Source: Sphyrna mokarran (Eukaryota). Taken from it: a stretch of 64,000 bases of DNA. Below are positions 50,835 to 63,603 of the stretch, piece after piece. A program made the translations under genes and the position numbers. The stretch lies in the NCBI GenBank assembly GCA_024679065.1, contig JAGIQG010000040.1, forward strand, positions 6,200,001 to 6,264,000, read 5' to 3'. Under the pieces are notes generated by a model. The model worked only from the letters and a program-made list of their open reading frames with translations. It did not search any database and was not told the origin of the DNA. Each line of letters starts with the position of its first letter. Positions within the stretch are counted from its first letter, which is position 1.

Positions 50835-51250
50835 AGGGGAGACCATGCAGACGCGACGACAACGAATGAACACCGCTCAACAATCGCCAGGCAAGAACGT
50901 TCCCTTCCAGTGGAGAAAGACTTCAGCAATCACGGCCTCTGATTTTCGGGTAAACGTTCTTGAAGGCGAACTTCACGACGCACGACAACATAGAATCGCT
51001 GAGCTGAAACTGATAGCCAAGTTCCGCACACATGAGGACTCAACCGGTATTTTGGATTCATGTCATACTGTCTGCAACTCCCACGGCTTTCCCGGGCTTG
51101 GAAAGTCTCACTTCCTGTCCTGGCTGGAGACAATACGCACCTTTTAAATTTGTGCTTGGCCCTCTCTCCATTCACATTGCCTGTAGCTTTAAGACTTGAT
51201 TATGTGTGAAGATCGCATTCCAACGATTATCTTGTAAATTGAGTTTGTGT
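50835..51250 (+). mobile_element. Penelope-like element GIY-YIG C-terminal fragment
   Basis: GETMQTRRQRMN...ASDFRVNVLEG...RIAELKLIAKFRTHED. Confidence 0.72.
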
Positions 51251-51641
51251 TTGTGACTTGTTTCTCCACATCATATTTTGAAAGTCGCAGTCACTTCCGT
51301 GCGAAATTTCCGTGTTTTGTATACACTTTCTCTGAAGCAGGAAAACTCTCGGATCAAATAAATCCAGAGAACAAGCCATGGTAAGAAGACTTCAGAACCT
51401 GATGGGCATTGAGTTGCTGAATACTTGACAGGCACAGAAACTGGATCAAAAGACGATTGCTAAGCAAAAGAGATCAGATAGATGTAAGAAAATCAGCGAG
51501 CCCAACTGCGTTGAAATTAAGTAATTTGTCAAATTCGTCAAATGTCCCTTTCCTCTTGTTGAGATTGTGTTCTGTACTGATGTTTAAGGAAGGCACATGT
51601 GATTCTCTCAGTGGAGAGTGAATCTGTTTATCGGTGTGAGA

Positions 51642-51655
51642 GCTCCCTCTGGTGG
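51642..51655 (-). promoter_or_regulatory. RSS-adjacent CTCF motif CCACCAGAGGGAGC
   Basis: One mismatch to core; 24 nt past the nonamer. Confidence 0.68.
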
Positions 51656-51679
51656 CAGCTTACTGGAACTCCCAGTCTG

Positions 51680-52079
51680 GGGTTTTGTCCGGGAATAGCT
51701 CGATCGCGACAGCAGTGGTCCAGAAAGACACAGCGTTGTCAGAGAGAAGAACCCCGGATTATTTAAAATAGCAGTTTCGTTTCCTTTGTGCAAACAGTAG
51801 AAAACCTGGCAAATCTTAAGATAAGTATCCGCACTGCATTCTATTGAGAATAAAAGATCTGGATGTACCAGAACAGAGTTGGTTCACGGTAGGTTGTTGA
51901 CTAACCACAGTCTGGTATTGTGCTCTGTCCTTCCAGAATTGTTAATTCAGAAGGAGCCTGGGACAACGAATCATCGCTATTATTTCGTATAACACAAAGC
52001 CAGAGTGCTCCAAAAATCAGAAATTAAACACAACAATAACACACTGACTGCACGGAGACACAACACACAGCAAGAACAT
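51680..52079 (-). pseudogene. V pseudogene (family B-like FR1, 41553-like RSS flank)
   Basis: DSLSQAPSELTILEGQ..DCG*..TLFWYIQ, deletions, heptamer broken, 24-nt spacer then ACAAAACCC. Confidence 0.8.
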
Positions 52080-53814
52080 TACTATCAGTAAGGAACAAGG
52101 AGGATACATAGTAACTCATTTCGAGTTCGACAGAAAATACAAGTTATCCTCGATGCGTTGATTCCTCCAAACTAATATAAAGTGTAACCCAGATCAGAAA
52201 CTGGCTTCACTTACTCAGAAACTGAGGTCGCTTTCAGGAATACATCTGGCTGTTCTGTCAGTACCATTCGAAGTGGCGCACCAGTAAATGAGAGTCAGAG
52301 AATTATTTAGTCTGATTGTCTCTCTTTCTCTTTCTGACATCTTCAGGGTTCCTCTTTCTTCTGGCCTCTGCCTTTATCGTCCTGCCCTTCTTTTCGAACT
52401 GCCATGAAAGTGCAGAGTTTAGAAAATCTAACTTGTCTGAGAATTTCATTTCAAAAATCCCCATAAAAATACTCTGTTAATAGTAACAAAAATATTTCCG
52501 CATTTCACAGGTAAGTTTGAAAATGAAAAGGTGAGAACAAAATGCTTAGTTTAGGGAAAAATGGGACAAAATATTTTCCCGCTGCATGCAGCACAGTAAC
52601 AGTTTAACAGTTGCACTCTGCAAAGTTTCATTCATTCTTTATGGCGTGCACATTGGATAAACAGAATTAACTGTCAAGAATTAATGCAAGGATAGCATTT
52701 ATTCCTTCTTTATAGTTATCTGAAATTAAGCGTGAGTTATTCGGCATAATAATAATCAGTTGACATAATAATTCATCAATGTGAGAAAAATGTAATTCCT
52801 TGTTCGCGGTGGCAAAATGTTTTTACCAAAATCATTTATTTTGCACGGATCAACGCAAACAGAGATTGGTTTCAATAGAAATAATTGGAAAATATTAATC
52901 TGTCAGGTTTTTTTGCCCACTAATTATATGTCGTCCAGGTGTCATGATCAATTTAATTTCCAAAGAGTTTGATACGTCAAAATGCAGCGACGTTCATCTA
53001 CTACAAGTTTGAAAGGAGTTAACATCTGAAAAATACACTAAGTGGTACACATTTATCTCAAACTGCAAACTCCAGACAATGTCTCCCATGGGTAATGGGG
53101 ATCAAAGTTCGCAGAGGGTGGGAGGCAAATGCGCCACCCGATATCCTGCTGAAAATTTCTATCCCTGACAGTTTTGTTAAATATTCACACTTTAGCAACC
53201 GGGTCCCAGGTCCAGCCAGCGACTGACTGAATTTCTCTGTGACAATGGCCAACGCTTGCAGTAAATGAAAGCCACCAGCAGATGGTGATATTGTATTATT
53301 TTAGTCACAAGAAAGTGAAACTCCCATTTCAACTCACAGCTGGAGTTTCTTAATATCAGCTTGACAGGAACAGTGCCGTTCCAACACTACCGCCACCAAA
53401 GGAAACTAGGAAAGTGCTATAACTGGGCAAGGTCGGTAAACTTATTTTTAAATGTTTTATTTTGGGGACATTTGTGGCGTCTTCTTCTCCAGTGACCCAG
53501 AGTGAGGCGGGATTGCTATTACTTTCACCCTGTGTGAGCTGACCATTATTTGCAGAGGTTCATGATCAAAAATATTATTCCAATAAATCTCCTACCCAAG
53601 GCCAGTTGTGTGTAGAGCAAGACTGCTTTGAGGTAAAGATACAAAAAAACCCTCATGTTTCAACTGTGATAAATGAGTTATACACATTGGCCCAGAAACG
53701 TGGGGGGGAATGTTCATTTTTCATTCTTGGGATATATTAACTTTGCATCAGAGAGTGAGATCTAGCTGAAGGTTAAGTGATTCATCCAGGGAAGCAGCAT
53801 CTCGGGTAGATTGG

Positions 53815-55320
53815 ACTTGATATGTTATTGTCACGTATAATAGTATGCAGTGAAACGTATTGTTGCTTGGGCTGTACAGAGAAGGCATACTGTACATAAA
53901 GAAGGATAGGGACGAGTGCATAATGTAGTGTTGCAGTCATAGCTAAGGTTCGAGAAAGACCAACTTTGTGCTAAGTAGACCCATTTACAAGTCTGATGGC
54001 AGCAGGAAAGAAGTTGTTCTTTGTGTCGGTTAGTACGTGACCTCAGACTTTTGTATTTTTTTCCCGATGGAAGAAGATGGAAGAGAGTATGTCCGGGCTG
54101 CTTTGCCGAGGCAGCGGGAAGTATAGACAGAGTGAATGGATGGGAGGCTGGTTTGCATGATGGACTGGACTACATTCATGATTCTTTGTAGTTTCTTGCG
54201 GTCCTTAGTAGAGCAGGAGCCATACCAACTGTGATACAACTAAACAGAATAACCTCTATGGTGTATCTGTAAAAGTTGGTCAGCATCGTCGTTGACATGC
54301 CAAATGTCCTTAGACCTCTGAGACAGTAAATGTTTGGTGGGCTGTCTTAACTATAGTGTCAGCAACAGGGTACCAAGGCAGGTTGTTGGTGACCTGGATA
54401 CCTAAAAACTTGAAGCTCTCGACTCTTTCTACCTCGTCCCCGTTGATGTAGACAGGGGCATGTTCTCCTCTACGCTTCTTGAAGTCGATGACAATCTCCT
54501 TCGTTTTGTTGACATTGAGAGAAAGATTATTGTCGCCGCACCAGTTCACCAGATTCTCTATCTCATTCCTGTTCTCTGTCTCATCATTATTTGAGATCAG
54601 ATCCACTGCGCGGTGGTATCATCAGCAAACTGGAAAATCGAATTGGAAGGGAATTTGGCCACACAGTCATAGGTCTACAAGGAGCAACCCTGTGGGGCGC
54701 TGGTGTTGAAGATAATCGTGGAGGAGGTATTGTTGCCTATCCTTACTGACTGCAGGTTAGGAAGTTCAGGATCAAGCCGCAGAGGGAGTAGCTGAGGCAG
54801 AGGTCACGGAATTTGGAGACGAGTTTCGTAGGAATCACAGTGTTGAAGGCTGAGCTGTAGGCAATAAATAGGAGTCTGATATAGGTATCTGTGTTACCTA
54901 AACCTTACAAGGTTGACTCCAGGGTCAGGGGTGATGATGTCTGCTGTGGACCTGTTGTGTTAGTAGAGGAACATTAGTGGATCCGGGCAGTCTGGGAGGC
55001 TGGAATTGATTCATGCCATGACTGGCCTTTCAAAGCACTTCTTAATGATGGATATCAGAGCCACTGGATAATCGTCATTAAGGCACGCTGCTTCGCTTTT
55101 CTTAGGTACTGGGATGCTGGTTGCCTTCTTGAAGCAGATAGAGACCTCAGATTGTTGTAAAGAGAGGTTGAAGTTGTCTGCGAATACCCCCGCCAACTGA
55201 TCGTGCATGATCCAAGTGCTCGTCTGGATACCCCATCCGGGCTAGTCACTTCCAGTGGGTTGAACTTAGAAGCAGCTGCTTGAACACCTGCAAAGATGAC
55301 CTCAGATATATGTTCATCCA
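53815..55320 (-). mobile_element. Rex1/Babar-like LINE, 3' ~1.5 kb, decayed
   Basis: CFKKATSIPVPKK..LND..PVAL, NWCGDNNLSLNVNKTKEIVIDF, VESFKFLG, WYGSC..DRKKLQRI. Confidence 0.88.
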
Positions 55321-56494
55321 AGGCTTCCAGGGTGGAGGGAACACATCGTTTCTGTAATGTAGTGATTATCTCATTTACCAAATGAAAGATTTCCGGTTGG
55401 AAAGCGGGTGGAAACATACTTTTAACCTCAGAGCGAGGAAAAGAGTAACTCACGTTTATTGTTGACTGTTAACTAAATATGCATCTTACACTGTGTTACA
55501 TTTACCGTTCCCCTTCACAATTCTATACTCAACAAACCTGTTGTTCGCAGATCTGACAGTTCAAAAAGCTTCCCCAAACCTGCGCATTCCGGCTGATTGC
55601 TGCTGATTTGTGTCAGATTAAAGGCTTCGGCGGCACCACATCCATTAATAAGTCACTCGAAGGCACATTCAGACGGGGAAGCAAACCCAACAATGATTCA
55701 CTTTTCCCCGGCTCCACAGTGAGTGAGACAGGGAGAAGCAGCAGGATTATATCCCACAGTCTCCAATCTCCCGCAGAAAGCGGCGACTGCGGCTTCAATC
55801 AGCGGGTTACTGCCCACCCATGGGACACAAGGTCCGACCCCGTTCAAACCTCCCCATACACCGAACACAAGCTCAGCAAAACGCAGATAGATTATATCCG
55901 GTTCACTGAACTTTCCAGCAGCATTTACACAACACCGACTGAGTCACAAACACAATTCAGACCAACTTTCAAAACTTTTCAGTGGTAAATTCCTCCATTG
56001 AAAAGGTGAGCATTGTGTATCTGGAAATGAGCACCACAGTGACTTGTGACTCACGGTTAGTCTCAGCTTTGTAATTCTATTTGTGTTGCATGTTGAAGCG
56101 AATCTTATGTCAAAATGAGGAGAAAACAAGGGAAATATTAAATCTTTGAACAAATCCTAAGGGAAATAGATCACAATACTTGGAAGGAGATGCAGGTGTG
56201 AATAGTATTATTAATGATTGAGTGGAAAATATTGGATCGTTGGGCTACTGGTGGTCAGTTCCCATCCCTCCCGTTGAATTCCTCTCTGTGATAAGAAACA
56301 TGGATTCGTCTTACCTGCACGTTCATAGGAGAAAGGGAATAACCAAAACACTACAGCAGTGCTGTGGGATCAACGGAACTAAAGAGACTTGTATAGAATC
56401 GGAAACAGTACAGCCATGCTGCAGTTCTGGAACAGGTTTTGCAGAAAGAGAGTTGACACACTAATTTAGAATATATTTAATGGCTAATGTCTCA

Positions 56495-56511
56495 GTCTCT
56501 GTGGCGCAATT

Positions 56512-56551
<40 letters not shown>

Positions 56552-56568
56552 GAGACTACCCAGGGACG
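56495..56568 (+). tRNA. trnN-GUU: tRNA-Asn (GUU)
   Basis: 74 nt, three differences from canonical vertebrate tRNA-Asn-GTT; stems retained (one G-U in T stem); T run at 56580-56583. Confidence 0.92.
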
Positions 56569-57466
56569 GGATTTCACTATTTTCTTACCATCAGCATTCA
56601 TAGGCAAACAAGTTGCGAATTGGCAATGGGTTTGTGGGCGTCAATAAAAAAATTCTGTCAATTGTTATCGGCTGTACTGTTATATGGTGCTACCAACATT
56701 ATTTAATGACGATTGACTTCAAACATATTACACATAACATTATATACATGCTTCCATTATACCATTAAACTTAAAAATTACAACCGAAACATGAACTTGT
56801 GGCTGAGCATTTGTTCTAATTCCATATACCTGCTTCCATTCATTCTGGATAGATCATAAACATGTCTAACCCAAACTGGAATGGTTTCAATATTGGAGCA
56901 TTAGAACCTGCTGGCGTAGAGAATTCCGAAGATTCACCAGCCTTTCCTGCACTTACAAATTAGTAGAACCACAGCGAAATAGAACAGATTCATTTGCATC
57001 GTGTAGTACAATAAAAATGTCAACAGGAAAACGGAGCACAGTTCACAGCAGAAGGACACGAAGCGAACCAACAACTTCCCCTAACGTAAAATGCACCAGA
57101 TAAAGTTTCAGACACTCCTTGAACTCGGGGCTCCGGCTTTGCTACCAGAACAACACTTACTGTTTTTTTGTCTCCATTTTGCAGATTGAACCTGTGAAAG
57201 GACCAATTTTTAATTTATTCCTCATAAAGTACCAAGTTTACATTTTGCTCCTTTCAACCCGCGCCCAGTATAGACATTGAAAATCAAGGAGATTGAAGCC
57301 ATTGGTTGAATAAATTGGAAGATGATTGAACGCCAACTGATGACGCTGTCGGCAATGAACGAATCAACGAAGTGGTGGGCGTTACTCACCCTCTTCTCAA
57401 CTCTTGAATGAAGCAATTTCAGCTTCAGCCCATTGCTGTTAACTGTGCCAGGATCTCTCTGCAAAC

Positions 57467-58242
57467 ATGCCTCCCATTACTTCGTGTTTATTCCTCACAG
57501 CGGCTTCTCTGTTAATCGGTAAATTCACAAGTTGCACAAACCTGTGTTTCACATCTTTGTTACCCATTAAATTAGCACATAGGTAACAATAGGTTGATCA
57601 CAGATTGTTAAGTTAACCAGATCCGCTTAGTCTCTACACGGCCTGTGGCAAACACTGGAGTTTAAAACCGATAGACAAGTTTTCGCTTTTTCTTTCAAAT
57701 TACATGAAACACAGGCGGGGCGCTGATCCCAATAGACACTGCCACTGTGCGTTCATGTAAAGATTAGTATTCGATCCAAACACTTCTCAGTTCCAGATCC
57801 TGAGCTGTGGGAGCCATGTTTGACTTTAGTGACGCCGGTTTATTTATCGGGCTCTAATTCAGGGCAAGAAGCCAATTCTGTCCGATAAACATATTTCACT
57901 GACATAGTTTGATTTCATGTTATTTTTGATTCTTACAGGACATTGTGGAGGAGATTCTGTTACACAGACACCGTCTGCAGTCACAGTGAGTGAAAGAGAT
58001 GATGTTCAGTTGTTCTGTAACTTTACAACTACTGACAGCAATCCGAACATATTCTGGTATCGTCAGTATCCCAGCGGATCCATGGAGTTTCTGTTTCGGA
58101 GAGATAGATACAGGAGGAACACAGAGAGATTCCCGGAGGACCGGTTCTCTGCGGAGTTTGATTTTGTAAACAGCACCGTCCCGTTGAAAGTGTCTAAAAC
58201 AGAGTTGACAGACTCCGGGGTGTATTACTGCGCACTGAGACC
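57467..58242 (+). CDS. TRAV: TCR alpha/delta V gene, family D (leader 57467-57518, V exon 57939-58242)
   Basis: Leader MPPITSCLFLTAASLLI, GT-AG intron, DSVTQ..LFC..WYRQ..YYCALRP. Confidence 0.93.
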
Positions 58243-58281
58243 CACAGAGACACAGAGCTCGGCTGAACCTGTACAAAAACT
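58243..58281 (+). other. RSS CACAGAG-23-ACAAAAACT
   Basis: Abuts V exon; nearly identical to 44329-44367. Confidence 0.92.
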
Positions 58282-58954
58282 CTCATAGCGCCACTCAATA
58301 ATTTGGGCAATTGAGTGAATGATAGTAGTGTATTTATCTGACGCCTTTCTTGATGATCCACAATGTGTTTACATGCATGAGAAATTCCACAGCTCTTCTT
58401 CGAAATAATACCCTTATAATCTACAACTCCGATCTGAGAGGGTAGTCGATGCCCTTGATTAAACATCTCATCCGAAATCCGGCACCTCTCACATTTCATC
58501 TTTCTGCTCGGTTTGCACTGGCGCGTCTGTGTGCATGGTGAGACTGAGATTGTGAAAACATCTTTTTCACAGGCGATAGAGCGAACAACTGAACCTCCCC
58601 TTGCAAATGGTGTTCGAAGATTAACACCTGTCCTGTTAATTTTGAAATACTTGCGCCATTTTGATAATGAATATTTAATTTATATTTACACGTGCGGGTA
58701 GATTAGTGTAAACCTTTATGGGGGTGATCAGGTTACGAACTGAGGCTTAGATAGGAAGCAGCTTCTTGGTGTCTCAGTCACTGGCTCTCCTTGAACAGGC
58801 GGTCAGTTTCCATCAGATTCATACAATAGCTGACCAGATTTTTTTTTACAGAAATAATCCGATTGTCTGTGGAGAGAAACAATACTCATATTAAACTAGA
58901 ATCATGGAAATCAAAGCTCACCCCGATAGAAACAGCTGGACCCTTGAATCAACT

Positions 58955-59380
58955 ATTATGCAAGAAACTACAAAAGATTGTCAACGTAACCCAATCGATC
59001 ATGCAAACCAGCCTCCATTTCATTGACTCTGTCTACACTTCCAGCTGCCTTGGCAAAGCAACCAGCATAATTAAGGACTCTATGAATCCCGAACATTCTC
59101 TCTTCCACCTTCTTCCCGTCGGGAAAAAAATACAAAATTCTGAGGTTGTGTACCAATCAACTCAAGAACAGCTTTTCCCTGCTGCCATCAGGCTTTTGAA
59201 TTAACCTACCTTCCGTTAAGTGTATCTTTCTCCACACCTTAGATATGACTGTAAAACTATATTCGGCACTCTCTCGTTTCCTTCTCTATGAACGGTATGT
59301 TTTGTCTGTATAGCGCGCAAGAAACAATATTTTTCACTGAATTTTAATACTTGCGACAATAATAAATCAAATCAAATTAA
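58955..59380 (+). mobile_element. Rex1/Babar-like LINE 3' end
   Basis: KKLQKIVNVTQSIMQTSL..; (aatca)n tail; reverse of 53815-54200. Confidence 0.82.
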
Positions 59381-59984
59381 ATGTTGCTCCGTAAGAGAGA
59401 GAAAAGTTTTAACTGATTTAACGCCCTTTATGGACTCTGGGTATCCAAAAGTAATTTATACTCTATGGGAGTGGTTCTTTCCGGTAGCCCGTTTTACTGT
59501 TTGAAACATTATTTACACAGAGGACATTACCGAACGGCCTCTTTCTGCACTGTAGGGATTATATGATTAATTTATTCTTCAGACGTTGTGGGTCTGTGCC
59601 AAAAGGATTTTTAACCATGACCCTCATCATGGAGTGGAGATTTGCGAGTCCCATTATTTTCTGGATTTTTGAGTTTGTGACCAATCGTCCAGTCACCCAC
59701 CCCCCTCTCTCTCACACACACATACAAGCACACACACACAATCATACACACACACAAATACAGTTTTCTGATCAACTCTATTAATTAGAAACAGTGGGTG
59801 AATATTTTCATCAGATATACCTGTGGTGTTGGGCCGTGAAATACAATGGTTTAAATAATCACTTTCTAACTGTATTGTGCTATAACATTGACAACTTAGA
59901 AACATGGAAACCGGAAGCAGAAGTCGACCATTCTGTCCTTCGACCCTGTTCCCTTATTCGTTTTGATCACGGCTGATCATAAAA

Positions 59985-60285
59985 TCCACAGTGTAGAGGA
60001 GAGTTATTCGGCCTACCGAATCCACACTGACCACAATCCGCCCCCCACCTCCCCACAGGCCCTATCGACATAATCCCATACATTTTACCTTAACTAGTTC
60101 CCCTAACTCTAAGGGGCAATTAAACTTGGCCAATCCACCTAACCCGCACATCTTTGGATTGAGGGAGGAAACCGGAGCATCCGGAGGAAACGGACGCAGA
60201 CACGCAGAGTGTGACCCAAGCCGGAAATTGAATCGGAGTCTCTGGCGCTCTGAAACAGCAATGCTAACCAGTGTGTCACGACGCC
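59985..60285 (-). mobile_element. tRNA-derived shark SINE
   Basis: Reverse complement of the 27215-27560 family. Confidence 0.8.
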
Positions 60286-61260
60286 ATCAAAAACCCTGAA
60301 CCCCCATCCCCAAAATCCCAAGATCCCTTTAGACATTAAGGGCTATATCTAATTTCTTCGTGGAAACAGGCAACGTTTCAGAAATAGAGAAAGCTAAAAT
60401 TTACTTGCAGGTGCTTGTCCCATATATACTGTCGTTCACAGTGAAGCGTCAATCGCAAAATTATTTCCTGTAATTTACATCTGACACCTGTGAAAGCAGT
60501 AAACTGTAGTTTTATGCAGTTTTGTTCATACATAACTTCCTGGAGAGCCACCTAGTAGAATATTCTCTTTAATTATATTTATTTTCGAATATTGCATCAT
60601 GATGTTACTAAAATGTAATCATTCCACCTAATAACGGACCTTATTGCTTTGATTTTATTATTCCTGCTGCTTTTACCTTTCTCGTTATTTTGTTTTTGTC
60701 AGGTTTACTACTTAATATTAATTCTGACATTCTTTTCCCTCTTTAGTTGGCATTCCAAAGTAACTAACAGAGTACATATTACTGTATATAAATATAAGCA
60801 CATATATTGTATATAAATGTAAGATTGACTTATATTGCTTAATTGACTTATACATCTACAACTGATGAGGTTGGATTTCTCGTTTCTCCCGTTTTCCCGA
60901 AAGTTCAGCGTGTTGAAAATCCAATATCTCCGGGGCTCCCTGCTTCAGAGCTTCAGGGACCTTGGCTCATTTCCGGTCTGTTAGCGTGGAGTTTGCATCT
61001 TCTCCCCGTGTCTGAGTGGGTTTCCTCCGGGTGCTCTTGTTTCCCTCCACAGTCTTTCAGCAGAATGATGGGATATTACACTAAACAAAGAAGATCGTCA
61101 GGGTTTAAAATAAAGATGGAATTAGTTCTCATGTATACGTTCACTGCGGTAGAATAGTAAAAATATGTGCAAGAATAATATCACATAATCGTGCAGTGAC
61201 ATCCTTCAGAAAACTGAGAATTCGGTGATTTTCCCATAATTGGTGTGTTACCTCTGATCG

Positions 61261-61274
61261 CCACCAGATGGAGC
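61261..61274 (+). promoter_or_regulatory. CTCF-like motif CCACCAGATGGAGC
   Basis: One mismatch to core. Confidence 0.6.
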
Positions 61275-62334
61275 TGTCTCACGATATTTATGTGTTTACT
61301 GCAGCGGGAACGGGAACAATAACGTTGTGGATCTGCTGCTAGTCTAGTATTGCACAACCACAAGTGGACCCCGACAATCACCTTTTCTTATCAGTTGCTC
61401 CGTTAGGTTAAATTATTTTTATTTCTTCTCCTGGGATTTGTAATTCCATTTTGGTTATTGAGTTCCTCTCTGCTTTCTTTGTTTCTCTCACCGACTATCT
61501 CTCTGTTTCTCGTGCTCTCTTCGCTCCTCCATCTGCAAATTGTCTGCATCTATTCTCCCCCCGTTTCCTCATCGTCTCTTCATCCAATTACCTTCCTGTC
61601 TCCATCTCTTCGTCTTGGCCCTGCCGACCCACTATTCATCCGTCGCTTTCTCTCTCACTGCTATCAATTCCTTTCTTCTTGTCAATCTTCCGATTCTCAA
61701 TCTGTTTTCCCTATCTATGACTCTATATCGAACATGATCTTTGCTTTTGATTCACTTATTCTCTTTTCATTTGTTTATCTTTATGTTGTTTTTCTCCGTG
61801 CTACGTGTCGAACAGCAAAACATTTTAGCTTTTGTATCATCGTACTTTTAATTTACAAAACATTTCGCAGGCACATCTTCACATTGTGTTCATGTATTCG
61901 ATGTAAATTAGGCAGAGGGAACGTTTTCCGAGCTGCAACAGTTGCTTTCGGCTTCTTAATATTTTTGATTCATTTTAAAGCGGAACAAGCTGTCGATCGG
62001 TGTAGAAAATCGACGGTTCTACATAGACCATGTTAAATTGACCCTATGTCAAGAGTTATGCAGGATAAATACACGGAGTTGTGGGAATGGGGCCTGAGTG
62101 GGATTGTGGCCAGTGCAAACTCGATGGGACGAATGGTCTCCTTTTGTACTGTAGGGATTTTATGATTCGCAGCTAACGTCAGCTCAGGGAGATAAGCCAA
62201 TCGCAGCACTGAGAAACGCCCCCCAGTTTGCTAATAATTGAAGCTGTCTTTGATCTGAGTTCACTCTGTGATATAAGACTAGAGGCAGCAACATATTTTA
62301 AACACTGTTGCTGCTTCCTCTCCTATCAGGAATC

Positions 62335-62769
62335 ATGTGTTCCCTGTGTGTTTTACTGATAATAACGGCCATGCTGCCCGGTGAGTCTGACCTCAAATCC
62401 TCAGTGTCTGTTTCAAGGGTTATATTTGCTCATAGATTTCTCACATATTCCACATTTTGTTGCAGGAATCAATGGCGAAGATTCAGTTTCCCAGCCGCCT
62501 GAATTAACGGTTCAGGAAGGATTGAACGTTACAGTGAATTGTAATTACACAACAAAAGATGCTCTTCCAAATCTCTTCTGGTACATCCAGTATCCCGGGG
62601 AAGCTCCAAGATATTTAGTGAAGAGATATGGCACGAGTGGCGAAGGAAGGTCTCCAGATTTCCCTGACCGGTTTTCCGCTGATTTGGACAAGGACAAGAA
62701 AACAGTTCCTTTAAATATCACTGAGGTCCGTGTCTCTGACTCTGCCGTGTATCACTGTGCGCTGAACCC
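62335..62769 (+). CDS. TRAV: TCR alpha/delta V gene, family B (leader 62335-62380, V exon 62466-62769)
   Basis: Leader MCSLCVLLIITAMLP, GT-AG intron, DSVSQ..VNC..WYIQ..YHCALNP. Confidence 0.92.
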
Positions 62770-62808
62770 CACACTGTTACAGAGGCACATGCAGCCCGTA
62801 CAAAAACC
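62770..62808 (+). other. RSS CACACTG-23-ACAAAAACC
   Basis: Abuts V exon. Confidence 0.92.
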
Positions 62809-62958
62809 TACACAGGAACTGCCACCTCCTCTCACTGAATCAGATCTGTGATCTAGATTGTGAACTGTTAATATAAGCAAAACCATGGCATAAACCAAGA
62901 GTTCGCCCAAATGCTCTCTTTCCATTGTGCTCAATGTGTCATTCTATATAAATTCTAA

Positions 62959-63032
62959 TTTCCCAGGACCCGGCTGAATCAATGGTCCAGGAAGGATTGA
63001 ACTTTATAGTGAATTGTAATTACACAACAAAA
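62959..63032 (+). pseudogene. Short FR1 fragment of a family B V exon
   Basis: tttcccagg..gctgaatcaatggtccaggaaggattgaac..gtgaattgtaattacacaacaaaa matches 62487-62556. Confidence 0.75.
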
Positions 63033-63071
63033 AAACGCATGTCCGCTATTCCCTTCGTCACTCCGCAGCAG

Positions 63072-63603
63072 TGTTTTTGTACGAGGCTCTGGTTCCTTTC
63101 GCAATGTAATTCACCGCGCTGTCCGATAGCTCACAGGTGGTGAAATTTCCCTCATTTTTCGAAGTGCTCATAGATGCAAAAAAAAACCGATTCCCGTGCC
63201 TTCTGCTCTGCAATCATCTCTGTAGTTAGGGATGGAAGTCAAGAATTTGGCGGCTTTATCCCGGTACGGCGATGTAGCTGTGAAGAAAATGCACTGTGTG
63301 TGGTCGATTAGCTGAAGTCAATGGATATCGATTCTCTTCATCGCTATAAGTGGACCCTGGAAGACAGAAACTGCACCAATCACATCTAAAAACATAGAAG
63401 TACAAACTTAACGTTTTATCATCACTTTGTTGGGAAAAAATGTGATCAGGGTAACTAATTACATTACAAATAGAGAAAAAACAATTAAAAGGGAAGATTT
63501 TTATCTCAGTATCTCGAGCAATGCTGTGGATTTTGCAATTTTGGAATTTACCAGTTAAGGAAGTTGCAGCTATGATGAATGTATAAAAACTAACAGAAAG
63601 CAT
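63072..63603 (-). pseudogene. V pseudogene (intact leader 63603-63552, decayed V exon from 63385)
   Basis: Leader MLSVSFYTFIIAATSLT|GT, acceptor, DVIGAVSVFQGP.., frameshifts, ELSDSAVNY, nonamer ACAAAAACA. Confidence 0.78.
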
